Assembly: GCA_963668315.1 (NCBI GenBank)
Contig: OY764216.1
Span: forward strand, 1,984,001-2,048,000
Length of the DNA stretch: 64,000 nt
Direction of reading: 5' to 3'
Source: Spirochaetia bacterium
Lineage (GTDB): Bacteria; Spirochaetota; Spirochaetia; DSM-2461
Translations under genes and position numbers: made by a program
Part shown: one piece after another, positions 50,585 through 60,201 of the stretch
Numbering within the stretch: position 1 is the first letter of the stretch
Layout: each line of letters opens with the position of its first letter
The notes under the pieces: generated by a model
What the model was told of the DNA's origin: nothing
Database searches by the model: none
Seen by the model: the letters and a program-made list of their open reading frames with translations, nothing else

Positions 50585-51184
50585 TTGACAAAGAAAACAG
50601 GATTATTCGTACCTGCAGCGGTTCTGCTGATTCTGCTGGCTTCCTGCGGCAGCCAGGGAGAAAAAAATCCCGGTAGGAAGGGGCCGGAGGAGAAGGGGAC
50701 ACTCTCGGCAGAAGAAAATCCCGCTGTCACTCTGCTGAGAAAACTGGAAGATTTTCTGCGCTTCGAGGATGTCCTTCCCCAGATGGCCCTGAGTGAAGAG
50801 CAGAAAGGATCCTTGATGCCTCTGCTTGAAGAGTGGAAGAATTGGGAATCGGAGGGAAAGGAGTACGATCAGGAACTGATCATAAATGAAATAACCGCTC
50901 TGCTCACAGAGGGGCAGAAAAGTTATGATCCCGTCCCTGAAGAGAATTCTTTTCCCGGTCAGGACAGCCGTCCCGGTCCCCCCGATTCGGGAAGTCCCGG
51001 GGAGAGGCCGTCGGGACCGCCTCCTGGCGGAAATCCTCCCGGAGGAAACCCGCCGGGGGAAAAAGGGAAAGATGGACGGAATGAAGACGGCCGCAGCAGC
51101 CTTGTTTTTCAAATCGATAAACTGCTGCGCCTTCTGGGGGGAGAAGAGGCTTTGCCTCCCCCTCCGCCTGAATCGGATTCCTAA
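50585..51184 (+). CDS. Pro/Gly-rich lipoprotein, hypothetical
   Basis: AAGGAG plus TTG start, lipobox LLASC, PPGGN repeat. Confidence 0.7.
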   Translation: MTKKTGLFVPAAVLLILLASCGSQGEKNPGRKGPEEKGTLSAEENPAVTLLRKLEDFLRFEDVLPQMALSEEQKGSLMPLLEEWKNWESEGKEYDQELIINEITALLTEGQKSYDPVPEENSFPGQDSRPGPPDSGSPGERPSGPPPGGNPPGGNPPGEKGKDGRNEDGRSSLVFQIDKLLRLLGGEEALPPPPPESDS

Positions 51185-51408
51185 AGCAGTTCGGCAATTT
51201 TCTCCGGGGTGGATGCCTGGCCGGTAAGAACCACCTTCTCATCGATGACCAGAGCCGGCGTGGAGAGTACATTGTACTTCATGATAGAGGGAAGGGATTC
51301 CACTTTTGTAACCGTGGCGTCCACTCCCTTGCTCTCCACCGCCTGGACGGCATTTTCGTATAGCTTCTTGCATTTGGGACATCCCATTCCCAGTACTTTT
51401 ATTTCCAT
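51181..51408 (-). CDS. small thioredoxin-like redox-active disulfide protein
   Basis: IKVLGMGCPKC, STPALVID. Confidence 0.9.
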   Translation of the reverse strand: MEIKVLGMGCPKCKKLYENAVQAVESKGVDATVTKVESLPSIMKYNVLSTPALVIDEKVVLTGQASTPEKIAELL

Positions 51409-51469
51409 AATCTATCTCCTTGTGCTTATTTGCCGGAAAGAAAGACCTTCCCCCGGCTACTATCTGCGC

Positions 51470-51898
51470 TTATTTCAATCCTTCCGGAAAAGTTTCTATG
51501 AATGTTTTTATTTCATCTCTTACATTCCGGTAGGGAACCATTTTTTCCTCTTCATCCTCAATCTCCCGGGCGAGGAAGGGAGGGTCGGGAAAGCTGTGGT
51601 GAATCACGTGGGTTTTGCCGGGGAAAAGAGGACAGCTCTCCCGGGCGTTGTCGCATACGGTTATGACATGGTCAAAGGCCAGGTCCATTTTATCGGAGAG
51701 AAGTTCCGATTTATGGCCCGAAATGTCTATGCCGATTTCCCCCATGGCCCTAACCGCGTAAGGATTAAGGCCGTGGGTCTCAATCCCGGCCGAATGAACT
51801 TCGTACAGGTCTCCCTTAAGCTCTCTTGCCAGACCTTCAGCCATCTGGCTGCGGCAGGAATTACCGGTGCAGAGAAAAAGAATCCTCTCTTTTTTCAT
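51470..51898 (-). CDS. arsC: arsenate reductase (LMW-PTP fold)
   Basis: CTGNSCRSQMAE, TVCD...CP, DP. Confidence 0.9.
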   Translation of the reverse strand: MKKERILFLCTGNSCRSQMAEGLARELKGDLYEVHSAGIETHGLNPYAVRAMGEIGIDISGHKSELLSDKMDLAFDHVITVCDNARESCPLFPGKTHVIHHSFPDPPFLAREIEDEEEKMVPYRNVRDEIKTFIETFPEGLK

Positions 51899-51948
51899 TT
51901 ATTGTCTCCTTTTTCAGCCGAAAGGGCTGTCTTTTTGCTTTTCCCGTT

Positions 51949-52935
51949 TTACAGGAACGCGGCATTAAAAATCCAACCCGCCAGAGTGAAGAACACCAGC
52001 AGCATCAGAAAAAATATGATAAGAAGCCTGGGCTTCATTACCTGCTTCAGCATCATGAATTCGGGAAAACTGGCGGCGACTACGCTCATCATAAAGGACA
52101 TTGCCGTTCCTATGGGCAGTCCCTGGGCCAGTAGCGTCTCTATGACGGGTATGATACCGCTGGCCCCCGAGTAGAGGGGAATCCCCAGGAATACGGCAGC
52201 CGGCACACTCCACCACTGTCCGTCTCCCAGGTATTCCAGAATCAGGCCGTCCGGAACAAATCCGTGCAGCAGGGCTCCCAGACCGACGCCGATGAGCACC
52301 CATTTCCAGATACGCCCGAAAATCTCCTTGACTTCGCCTGCGGCAAAATCCCGCCTGTCCCGAAAGGAGAGAACGGTTTTTTCTGCCGAACCTCCCGATA
52401 CGGCTCCTCCCCGGCCCATGGCCATGGCCTGGCTTCCTATCTGTGTCAGGTATTTTTCCGCTCCGATCCTGTCAATGAAATACCCTCCTATCATACCGGC
52501 TAGAAGACCGGTGGCCACGTAGATGAGAGTGAACTTCACCCCCAGAAGAGAGCCGAGGAGAACCAGAGCCACTTCGTTGATCATGGGGGACGTTATCAGG
52601 AAGGCCATGGTAATTCCCAGGGGGATCCGGGCCGATGTAAACCCCAGAAAGAGGGGAATGCTTGAGCAGGAGCAGAAGGGAGTTATCGCTCCGAAGAGGG
52701 TCGCCAGAAAATAAGCCGCCCCCCGCTTCTTGCCGGAGAGAAAATCCCGTATCCGCTCCGTGTTCAGTCCTGCCCTCACCAGGGCTATGAGATAGATCAT
52801 AACGACGACGAGGACATAGATCTTTGAGACGTCCTCAATAAAAAAGTGAATGGCATCGGCCGCTTTTGTTTCTTCGGGAAGGGAAAAAACACGGTAGGTG
52901 ATAAGATCGGCCAGCAGGGTAAAAATTTTAAACAA
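51949..52935 (-). CDS. ArsP/DUF318 family permease
   Basis: TPFCSCSSIPLF, FLITSP, GIPLYS. Confidence 0.88.
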   Translation of the reverse strand: MFKIFTLLADLITYRVFSLPEETKAADAIHFFIEDVSKIYVLVVVMIYLIALVRAGLNTERIRDFLSGKKRGAAYFLATLFGAITPFCSCSSIPLFLGFTSARIPLGITMAFLITSPMINEVALVLLGSLLGVKFTLIYVATGLLAGMIGGYFIDRIGAEKYLTQIGSQAMAMGRGGAVSGGSAEKTVLSFRDRRDFAAGEVKEIFGRIWKWVLIGVGLGALLHGFVPDGLILEYLGDGQWWSVPAAVFLGIPLYSGASGIIPVIETLLAQGLPIGTAMSFMMSVVAASFPEFMMLKQVMKPRLLIIFFLMLLVFFTLAGWIFNAAFL

Positions 52936-53236
52936 GGCAGCACTCCTCCTTTTCCAGACTGTCTATGCAAGTGAGAAACCGCTCCAGACAGGTAAAGCGA
53001 AGAGAATAGTAGATATTCCGTCCATCCCGCTTATCCGAGACGATTCCCGCCTTTTTCAGCCGTTCCAGATGGCGGGAAAGGGTGGAGATGTTTATACCCA
53101 TTTTCTCCTGTATCTCGCAGACGCACAGGGGGGATTTCTCCGAGAGAATATGGGTTATCCGCATCCTTTCCGGATGGGCCAGCGCTTTGAGAAGAGCCGC
53201 CCTCTTCGTAAAAATGTCATTATCCTGATCGCTCAT
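52928..53236 (-). CDS. arsR: ArsR family regulator
   Basis: KALAHPER, LCVCE, STLSRHL, C-terminal CC. Confidence 0.88.
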   Translation of the reverse strand: MSDQDNDIFTKRAALLKALAHPERMRITHILSEKSPLCVCEIQEKMGINISTLSRHLERLKKAGIVSDKRDGRNIYYSLRFTCLERFLTCIDSLEKEECCLV

Positions 53237-53268
53237 GGGGCAAGGATAAAATATATTTTACAAAAGTG

Positions 53269-54093
53269 TCAACTATTGGTTTGTTTGATATTTGTTAAAA
53301 GTGTAAAATATCGGGACGCTTCCCGCTCCAGCGTGTCCAGGCTCCGCCTTATCCCGTCTCCGGAGGGAATTTCCAGGGCCACCGTGCTGCCCGGACAGAA
53401 CTCTTTCCTGAGGGCATATATTTCTCCCCAGTCAATACTTCCGCTTCCCAGGGGGGCGTGGGCGTCTCTGTCCCCGGAATTGTCGTGCCAGTGGTTGTGA
53501 ATTGTTCTGCCTGCGAAGGTGCCGTACCATTCCGAATAGGGAATCTGACCGAAGGCCGACATATGCCCCGCATCCATGCAGAAGCCCAGGCGGGGATCAT
53601 CTATGGCCTCGGCAATCATTCCCAGAAATGTTGTATTCCGGTCATGGATATTTTCCAGGGCGACGGGAGGGGCGAAGCGGGACAGAATTTTCTGAAGAAA
53701 AGGGACGAAGTCATCGCGCATTCTCTTCAGCTCATCGGGGCTGTCGTTATTTTCGTCATAGGCTGAGTGTATTACCACCGTGGAGCAGGCAAGCTCTTCC
53801 GCCGTCTCCATTCCCCTGAGCAGCCGTTCCCGGGAGAGACGGCGCAGCTCTCCATCCCGGGAGTGGGGCACAATGCGGCGGAAGGGGGCATGAAACGTCC
53901 TTTTCAGAGACAGGGGGAGCACCGTTTCTTTCATGTAAGCCAGTCGGCGCTTATATTCATCCCGGTCATCCAGGATATCATTACGGCAGAAATCTCCGAA
54001 TTCAATTCCCAGGCCGTACTCCTCAGCCAGTTCCAGATATTCGTCCAGTATCTCAAGATGGGCACGCATCATTATGTTTCTGTAGTCGACCAT
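53269..54093 (-). CDS. xylose isomerase-like TIM barrel / AP endonuclease 2 family protein
   Basis: FHAPF, LEN, DAGH, HWHDN..DRDAH, LEI. Confidence 0.82.
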   Translation of the reverse strand: MVDYRNIMMRAHLEILDEYLELAEEYGLGIEFGDFCRNDILDDRDEYKRRLAYMKETVLPLSLKRTFHAPFRRIVPHSRDGELRRLSRERLLRGMETAEELACSTVVIHSAYDENNDSPDELKRMRDDFVPFLQKILSRFAPPVALENIHDRNTTFLGMIAEAIDDPRLGFCMDAGHMSAFGQIPYSEWYGTFAGRTIHNHWHDNSGDRDAHAPLGSGSIDWGEIYALRKEFCPGSTVALEIPSGDGIRRSLDTLEREASRYFTLLTNIKQTNS

Positions 54094-54232
54094 AGGTTCA
54101 TGGTAGAGAAAAGAGGGGAGAAGGGAAAGCCATAATGACAGTATTTTCCTTTTTCCTATGCGGGCTGATTATCCGGAAATGCTCATCCGGAGATAATTCC
54201 TTCCCATCCTAATTGGGAAACTCAAGTCTCTT

Positions 54233-56305
54233 TCACTTTTTATTTTCAGCAGCCAGAATAAATGAAGCATAGGCATCCATTTTCCAGAGACAGCTTTCCT
54301 TTCCTGTTTCTACATCGGTCCATGACTCTTTTAATTTTACGGAAGCAGGTTTCGTACTCCAGTTCATAAGAAACATATAATCTTTGTCATGAGAGGTTCT
54401 CATCTGAATATTAACATTTCCGTTACAATCCAAAACATTACTGTTCCTATCATTGATTTTCCATTCTTGGATATGGGAACTGTAGAATTGACTGAGCGAT
54501 TCTACACTGAAACGTCCCGCTAAGTGATAGGCAATACCTGTTCCGAAGCGGTTGCAGCTGATACTAGGCCAATCATCATGAGGATAGCCCTTAAAATGAT
54601 TTAAGCATTCCGCAGTTTCCATAAAGATATGTTCAACATAGTCTTGCGTATCCTCTTTTGATGTCAAGCCGGAAGAAATCGGTTCGTAGGGAGAAAGTGT
54701 ATCAATATCTTCCACTCGAATTCCCAGCACATTGCTGAGAGGTCCAGGCGATCCTCCTTCATGACAGAGATCCGATTCATCGGTATAACCGGTCAGATAT
54801 GTCGTGATCAGAATCCCCCCGCTACGGACAAAAGCTTCCAGTTTTATGGCTGTCTGACGAGATATCATGTAGAGCATAGGTGCCACTATTATTTTGTAGG
54901 GAAAGCTGTCTTCCCCGCCGGAAATCACATCCATGGGGAGCCCCTGATCCCAGAGGCAGAAATAGTGCTTTCTCACCGCTTCCAGATAGCCTTTTCCCGG
55001 ACTGTTGAGAGGTCCCTGGCTGTCTTCCAATGCCCATCTGTTCTCCCAGTTATAGAGAAGGGCCACCTCGGCTCCATACTTTGATCCGGCCACTTCCCGA
55101 GCCTTTTTGAGAAGAGCTCCGAGACGGGCTGCCTCTTTAAATACTGCCGTATCGTCACGTCCGCTCTGATCTACGACAGCACCGTGGAATTTTTCAAAAC
55201 TGCCTCTACTTTGCCTCCACTGGAAATACTGCACAGAATCAGCGCCATGGGCTACAGCTTGAAGGCTTGACAGAATATTCATACCCGGTCTTTTGTTTAT
55301 GGATCGGGGTTTCCAGTTGACTTTGGAGGGAGTACTTTCCATAAGAAGAAAGGGTTTTCCGTGAAGACTCCTGAAAAAATCGTGCTGGAATGCCACTTCA
55401 GAGGCCCGTCTGTAATCATTAGCTTCGGGGCCAACCTTTTCTTCGAAGTCATAAGCCTTGTATCCCGGTGAATGCCAGGCAGGGTAAGAGTCCCACGAAG
55501 CGATATCCTGAACATCGCGAAATTTCCAGTAATCCAACCCAGGATCATTGGCTGGTGTCTCTACAGCGGCCATCATATTGGTACTTACAGGCAGATCTGA
55601 ACCGCCATCGCGTATTGCTCTGACTTCCTGCTTCATAAAATCCACTGTCATATCCGTCGTGAAACGCTTCCAATCCAAGTTTAATCCGTGAACAGTCATT
55701 TCGCCGTGCGGTACAGGAGAATGGATTTCGCTCCAGTCGGAAAGGGTGTGGGACCAGAAGCTGTTCCACCAGGCTCTATTGAGGCTATCGATGGTGTTGT
55801 AACGCTTTTTGAGCCAGGTACGGAAATTCTCCTGACAGAGTTCGCAGTGGCAGTCTCCGGAATATTCATTTGAGACATGCCAAAGAATCACTGCGGGATG
55901 CTTCCCGTATCTCTCTGCTAATTTTCTGTTAATAATGGCTGTCTTTTCACGGTATATAGGAGAAGAAAAACAATGATTATGCCGTTCTCCGAAAAGATTC
56001 CGCTGTCCTGAAGAGTTGACACGAAGAACTTCCGGATATTTCCTGGCCATCCATACAGGGCGAGCACCTGACGGGGTGGCCAGGAATATCTTTATCCCGG
56101 CCCCGTGGAGACTTTCTATGACTTTGTCCAGCCATTCAAAGCAGAATACTCCTTCCTCCGGTTCCAGTGTGCTCCAGGCGAAGATTCCCAAAGAGACAAC
56201 AGTAATCCCCGCCTTTTTCATTAGTTCTATATCCTCTGAGAGGATATCCGGTCTGTCTTGCCACTGGTCGGGATTGTAATCCCCGCCATAAAGAATTTCT
56301 TTCAT
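54233..56305 (-). CDS. beta-galactosidase, GH42
   Basis: YGGDYNPDQW, WHVSNEY, LMESTP, EKFHGA; start MKEIL at 56305. Confidence 0.93.
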   Translation of the reverse strand: MKEILYGGDYNPDQWQDRPDILSEDIELMKKAGITVVSLGIFAWSTLEPEEGVFCFEWLDKVIESLHGAGIKIFLATPSGARPVWMARKYPEVLRVNSSGQRNLFGERHNHCFSSPIYREKTAIINRKLAERYGKHPAVILWHVSNEYSGDCHCELCQENFRTWLKKRYNTIDSLNRAWWNSFWSHTLSDWSEIHSPVPHGEMTVHGLNLDWKRFTTDMTVDFMKQEVRAIRDGGSDLPVSTNMMAAVETPANDPGLDYWKFRDVQDIASWDSYPAWHSPGYKAYDFEEKVGPEANDYRRASEVAFQHDFFRSLHGKPFLLMESTPSKVNWKPRSINKRPGMNILSSLQAVAHGADSVQYFQWRQSRGSFEKFHGAVVDQSGRDDTAVFKEAARLGALLKKAREVAGSKYGAEVALLYNWENRWALEDSQGPLNSPGKGYLEAVRKHYFCLWDQGLPMDVISGGEDSFPYKIIVAPMLYMISRQTAIKLEAFVRSGGILITTYLTGYTDESDLCHEGGSPGPLSNVLGIRVEDIDTLSPYEPISSGLTSKEDTQDYVEHIFMETAECLNHFKGYPHDDWPSISCNRFGTGIAYHLAGRFSVESLSQFYSSHIQEWKINDRNSNVLDCNGNVNIQMRTSHDKDYMFLMNWSTKPASVKLKESWTDVETGKESCLWKMDAYASFILAAENKK

Positions 56306-57129
56306 TATTTGACAGATCCCGTAAGGCCCTGGACAAACTGTCTCTGCATAGCCAGAAAGAGTACGAGAATCGGAAAAGTGGAGATACAAACTAATATCAT
56401 CAGTCCGCCATACTCAATGGTATAGGCGCGCATAACCGAAAACATGGCAATGGGAAGAGTTTTCATCTTATCTGTCAGAATTATCATAAGGGGCCAGAGA
56501 TAGCTGTTCCACTGGGTCAGAAACATGTAGATGCTGGCTGACGCGAATGTGGCTTTCATGGTGGGAATGGCTATGGAAACAAAAATCCGTAATTCTGTTG
56601 CTCCGTCTACCCTGGCTGCTTCCATTATCTCTGTGGGGAACATTTTGAAGTTCTGCCTTAGGAAGAAAATGATAAAGACCGACATGACTGAGGGAAGGAT
56701 AATAGCCGCATGAGTATTGAGTAGTTTCATGAAAGAAATTTCTTTAAACAGGGGGATGACTATAGCCATTTGGGGAATAATCAGAGTTAGCAGCAGAACT
56801 CCGAAGACCCTGTCACGGGCTTTAGAAGGGTATTTTTCGAAGCCGAATGCGGCCAGACTGTTTACGCCGATTCCCAGGATTACGGTGATAAAGGCAATCT
56901 TCATTGAGTTGAGAAAGAAGGCTACCGTCTCGTAGGTCGTGCTTATTTTTTCCCAGTTTAAGAGAAATTCATTCCCCGGGATCAGTTTTCCTGCCACCAC
57001 ATCATTGGGGTTCTGGGTCATGCCTATGACCATCCAGATAAAGGGGAAGACGGAGAAGACCGCTCCGATCACGAAAAGCACCAGCAGGAAGAACCAGCCG
57101 GGAGTCATTTTTTTACGTACCATACCCAT
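56305..57129 (-). CDS. carbohydrate ABC transporter permease
   Basis: EAARVDGA loop, QWNSYLWP. Confidence 0.92.
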   Translation of the reverse strand: MGMVRKKMTPGWFFLLVLFVIGAVFSVFPFIWMVIGMTQNPNDVVAGKLIPGNEFLLNWEKISTTYETVAFFLNSMKIAFITVILGIGVNSLAAFGFEKYPSKARDRVFGVLLLTLIIPQMAIVIPLFKEISFMKLLNTHAAIILPSVMSVFIIFFLRQNFKMFPTEIMEAARVDGATELRIFVSIAIPTMKATFASASIYMFLTQWNSYLWPLMIILTDKMKTLPIAMFSVMRAYTIEYGGLMILVCISTFPILVLFLAMQRQFVQGLTGSVK

Positions 57130-58019
57130 CAGTTTTTCTCCTTAAGTACTTTGATCTGGATAAACGCCAGCACGGCTGCGATAATAACCATGACATAGGA
57201 GAGGGCCGAAGCGTAACCAAAATCAGAATTGAGAACGAAGGCCTGCCGATAAATATATAGTGCCGCAGTCATGGTTGCATTTGCGGGGCCCCCTTCCCAG
57301 GTAAGTACGTTGGGTTCGTCAAAGAGCTGCATGGTTCCGCTAGTGGAAGTTACGAGGGAGAACAGGATAACCGGTGTGAGCAGGGGAAGAGTTATGGTAA
57401 AAAACTGCCGGATCTGGGACGCTCCGTCCACTTCAGCAGCTTCATAGATTTCCTTATTGATATTTTGGAGTCCCACCAGAAAAAATACCATATTGTACCC
57501 AGTCCATCGCCAGGTGAGGGCCAGAATAATGGTAACTTTTGCCCAGAAGGGATCATTAAGCCAACCTATAGGTTCGGTGATCAGTTTCAGGGACATGAGA
57601 AAGTTATTGAGTAGACCGTTTGACTGCAGCAGAATACGGAAAAGTATGGAATAGGCAACGAGAGAAGTAACGACGGGTAGAAAATAGATTGTTCTGAAAA
57701 TCCCCCTAAATCTCCTTATCCCCTGATGCAGGATAACGGCGATAACCATTGCCAGAAAAACCATTAGGGGAATCTGGATGGCCATAAAAAGAAAGTTATG
57801 CCCCAGGGCTTTCCAGAAGACCTGGTCATGGGCCATGCGGACGAAGTTTCCCAGACCGACGAATTCACGACTCATTCCCCTCCACTTCTGGGTGACGAGA
57901 AAAAGAGACGACCCTATGGGATAGAGCATGAAAACCAGGTAGAACATTAAAGCCGGGGCGATAAAACCCCATCCTGTTCTGTTGAGATATCGGTGGTAGC
58001 GATTGTGTATTTGCTTCAT
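57129..58019 (-). CDS. carbohydrate ABC transporter permease (LacF-like)
   Basis: WRWTGYNM, YEAAEVDGA, FGYASA. Confidence 0.92.
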   Translation of the reverse strand: MKQIHNRYHRYLNRTGWGFIAPALMFYLVFMLYPIGSSLFLVTQKWRGMSREFVGLGNFVRMAHDQVFWKALGHNFLFMAIQIPLMVFLAMVIAVILHQGIRRFRGIFRTIYFLPVVTSLVAYSILFRILLQSNGLLNNFLMSLKLITEPIGWLNDPFWAKVTIILALTWRWTGYNMVFFLVGLQNINKEIYEAAEVDGASQIRQFFTITLPLLTPVILFSLVTSTSGTMQLFDEPNVLTWEGGPANATMTAALYIYRQAFVLNSDFGYASALSYVMVIIAAVLAFIQIKVLKEKN

Positions 58020-58072
58020 AAAAAGGATCCTCAAACCCCCTCCCTGAGGAAGGGGGGGTGTTGTGAATTGTT

Positions 58073-59377
58073 TTAATTTCCTGTGGTCTGCTTGTACTCG
58101 GCGGAAGCTGCTTCGATTACACCATCGACTGTGTTGATGTTACCGGAAAGCATAGACTGTATGGCATTGTTAAGAGCTGTTCTCATTGCCGTATAATTGG
58201 GGGTGTAGTACATAACGGGTACTTTTTCCATCCAGGCTGCAAAATCTTTGTATACGGGCTGGTTCTTGTAGAAATACTCGTCATTAGCCGTGTAGTTTGA
58301 ACCGGAACGGCTCGGCAGGAATGTTCCCATGGCTCCGGCGCCCTTGAGAATATCATTGTAGAATCCGAGAGCTTCGGGTGTTGTCCCGGCCCAGGTGCTC
58401 TTCAAAAAGTCAACGGCAAGAGCCTTGTTCTTCGTCGCATTCAGGATGTACCAGGAGGAACCGCCGTTATTACTGGCATTCTGTGCGTTAGCCACACCTT
58501 CAACGGTAGGAGTGGGGATAACCATCCATTTCCCTGCGTTCTCCGGTTTTGATTTAAGTGTTCCGATTATCCACAGGGCATTCATAAGTCCGGCGCTCTG
58601 GTCGTTGTTGAATGCAGCTACCCAGTTGTTCCAACCTTCGGCCATGAAGAGAATACCTTTATCATTCATCTCCTTTATATATTCAAGAGATTTCCGTACG
58701 GCGGGAGTATCGTAATTAACATTACCGCTTCCGTCGAAGAACTGCGTTCCTGTAGACTGAACCATGATACGCAGAAAGTCGAAGCTCGTATTGTCGTAGG
58801 CGATAAGGGGCATACCTGTTTTGGCTTTAACCTGTTCACCTAGGGAAATAACCTCGCTCCAGGTCAGGCTTTTCTGGTAATCATCGGGATTGAGGCCGGC
58901 ACTTTTAAGCATATCTGTTCTCAAAAAGAGGCCAGTAGAACCGGTATCAAAAGGAATGCCGTAGATTTTATTACCATCGGTCATGGGGGCTACCTTATAT
59001 TGGGCAAATTGACTGAAATCAACGCCCTCTGCCTTCAGATCGACAAAAGATCCAGGGTAATTCTGGATGAATTTTTCAATGATGAAGTCCTGAAAAAGAG
59101 CTATATCAGGAAGACCAGCACCCCCGGCCTGGAGACCCGCTTCGATCTTACCTTCGATATTATCGGGAATATCGACAATTTCGATTTCCACATCCGGATG
59201 GGTCGCTTTATAGACTTCTGCGGCTTTGTTCATGGAATAGCCATTGAAATTGGGGTCCCAGCACCATATTGTCAATTTCTGACTGCTGGAGGCTTTGGCA
59301 TCTTTGCTGCAACCCATGAAAGTTACTGATGTAACAATCAGCAGGGCAGTGAGACATAGGATTAAACCTTTTTTCAT
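58073..59377 (-). CDS. sugar ABC transporter substrate-binding lipoprotein (lactose/galactoside type)
   Basis: Lipobox FMGC, WCWDPNFN, SNNGGSSW. Confidence 0.9.
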   Translation of the reverse strand: MKKGLILCLTALLIVTSVTFMGCSKDAKASSSQKLTIWCWDPNFNGYSMNKAAEVYKATHPDVEIEIVDIPDNIEGKIEAGLQAGGAGLPDIALFQDFIIEKFIQNYPGSFVDLKAEGVDFSQFAQYKVAPMTDGNKIYGIPFDTGSTGLFLRTDMLKSAGLNPDDYQKSLTWSEVISLGEQVKAKTGMPLIAYDNTSFDFLRIMVQSTGTQFFDGSGNVNYDTPAVRKSLEYIKEMNDKGILFMAEGWNNWVAAFNNDQSAGLMNALWIIGTLKSKPENAGKWMVIPTPTVEGVANAQNASNNGGSSWYILNATKNKALAVDFLKSTWAGTTPEALGFYNDILKGAGAMGTFLPSRSGSNYTANDEYFYKNQPVYKDFAAWMEKVPVMYYTPNYTAMRTALNNAIQSMLSGNINTVDGVIEAASAEYKQTTGN

Positions 59378-59532
59378 AAAAAATCTCCTTCGAATCTTGT
59401 GAAAGTCTTATTATTATGATGCCTTTGATTTCAGGAGTATACTTACAGATGTCACATTTTGACTGTTTAAACCGGTACAAATGTCACAGTTTCACTTATT
59501 TTGGCTCCTATAAAGCAAAAATTTTGAAACTA

Positions 59533-60201
59533 CTACGAATGATAATGAATCTTGTTGGCCAGCTGAATTATCTGGAACCGGTTATCAATATTTAGTTTGG
59601 TGTAAATCATGCTGACATGGTTTCGCACTGTTCTCTCGGAGATACAGAGTTCTTCGGCTATCTGATCATTATCGCAGCCCGTTGCAATGAGGGTGAAGAT
59701 CTCTTTTTCACGTTTGGTAAGCTTTTCAATCCACTCCATCTGTTCGCTCAGCTTACTGTACTGCTCCCGATCCTCCTCATGAAGCCCCTTAATCAGTTTA
59801 TTCACTAATACAGGGGATATTTGTGTTATTCCGGAATTGACAGCACGGATACTGGCTATGAGCTCTGTCGGGGAGAGATCCTTGAGAAGATAGCCCGACG
59901 CACCATAACTCAATGCTTGACGGACGTACTCATCCTCGTCGTAGGTAGAAAGCATGATTATTTTGAGAGACGGATCTCTGGACAGTAATTCTCTTGTGGC
60001 ATCCACTCCATTCATAACCGGCATATGGACATCCATGAGAAAAAACTCAGGGTTCAGTTCTCTCCATAGAATCAATGATTCCCTGCCGTCACAGGCAATT
60101 CCCACGACTTCGATATCGTCGGCATAATTGTGAATGAAAGTTCTTAGACTTTCGGCAAAGAGATTCTGATCATCTACAATCAGTACTTTTATTTTACTCA
60201 T
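59533..60201 (-). CDS. NarL/LuxR-family response regulator
   Basis: REC domain plus LTKREKEI...TVRNHVS HTH. Confidence 0.93.
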   Translation of the reverse strand: MSKIKVLIVDDQNLFAESLRTFIHNYADDIEVVGIACDGRESLILWRELNPEFFLMDVHMPVMNGVDATRELLSRDPSLKIIMLSTYDEDEYVRQALSYGASGYLLKDLSPTELIASIRAVNSGITQISPVLVNKLIKGLHEEDREQYSKLSEQMEWIEKLTKREKEIFTLIATGCDNDQIAEELCISERTVRNHVSMIYTKLNIDNRFQIIQLANKIHYHS

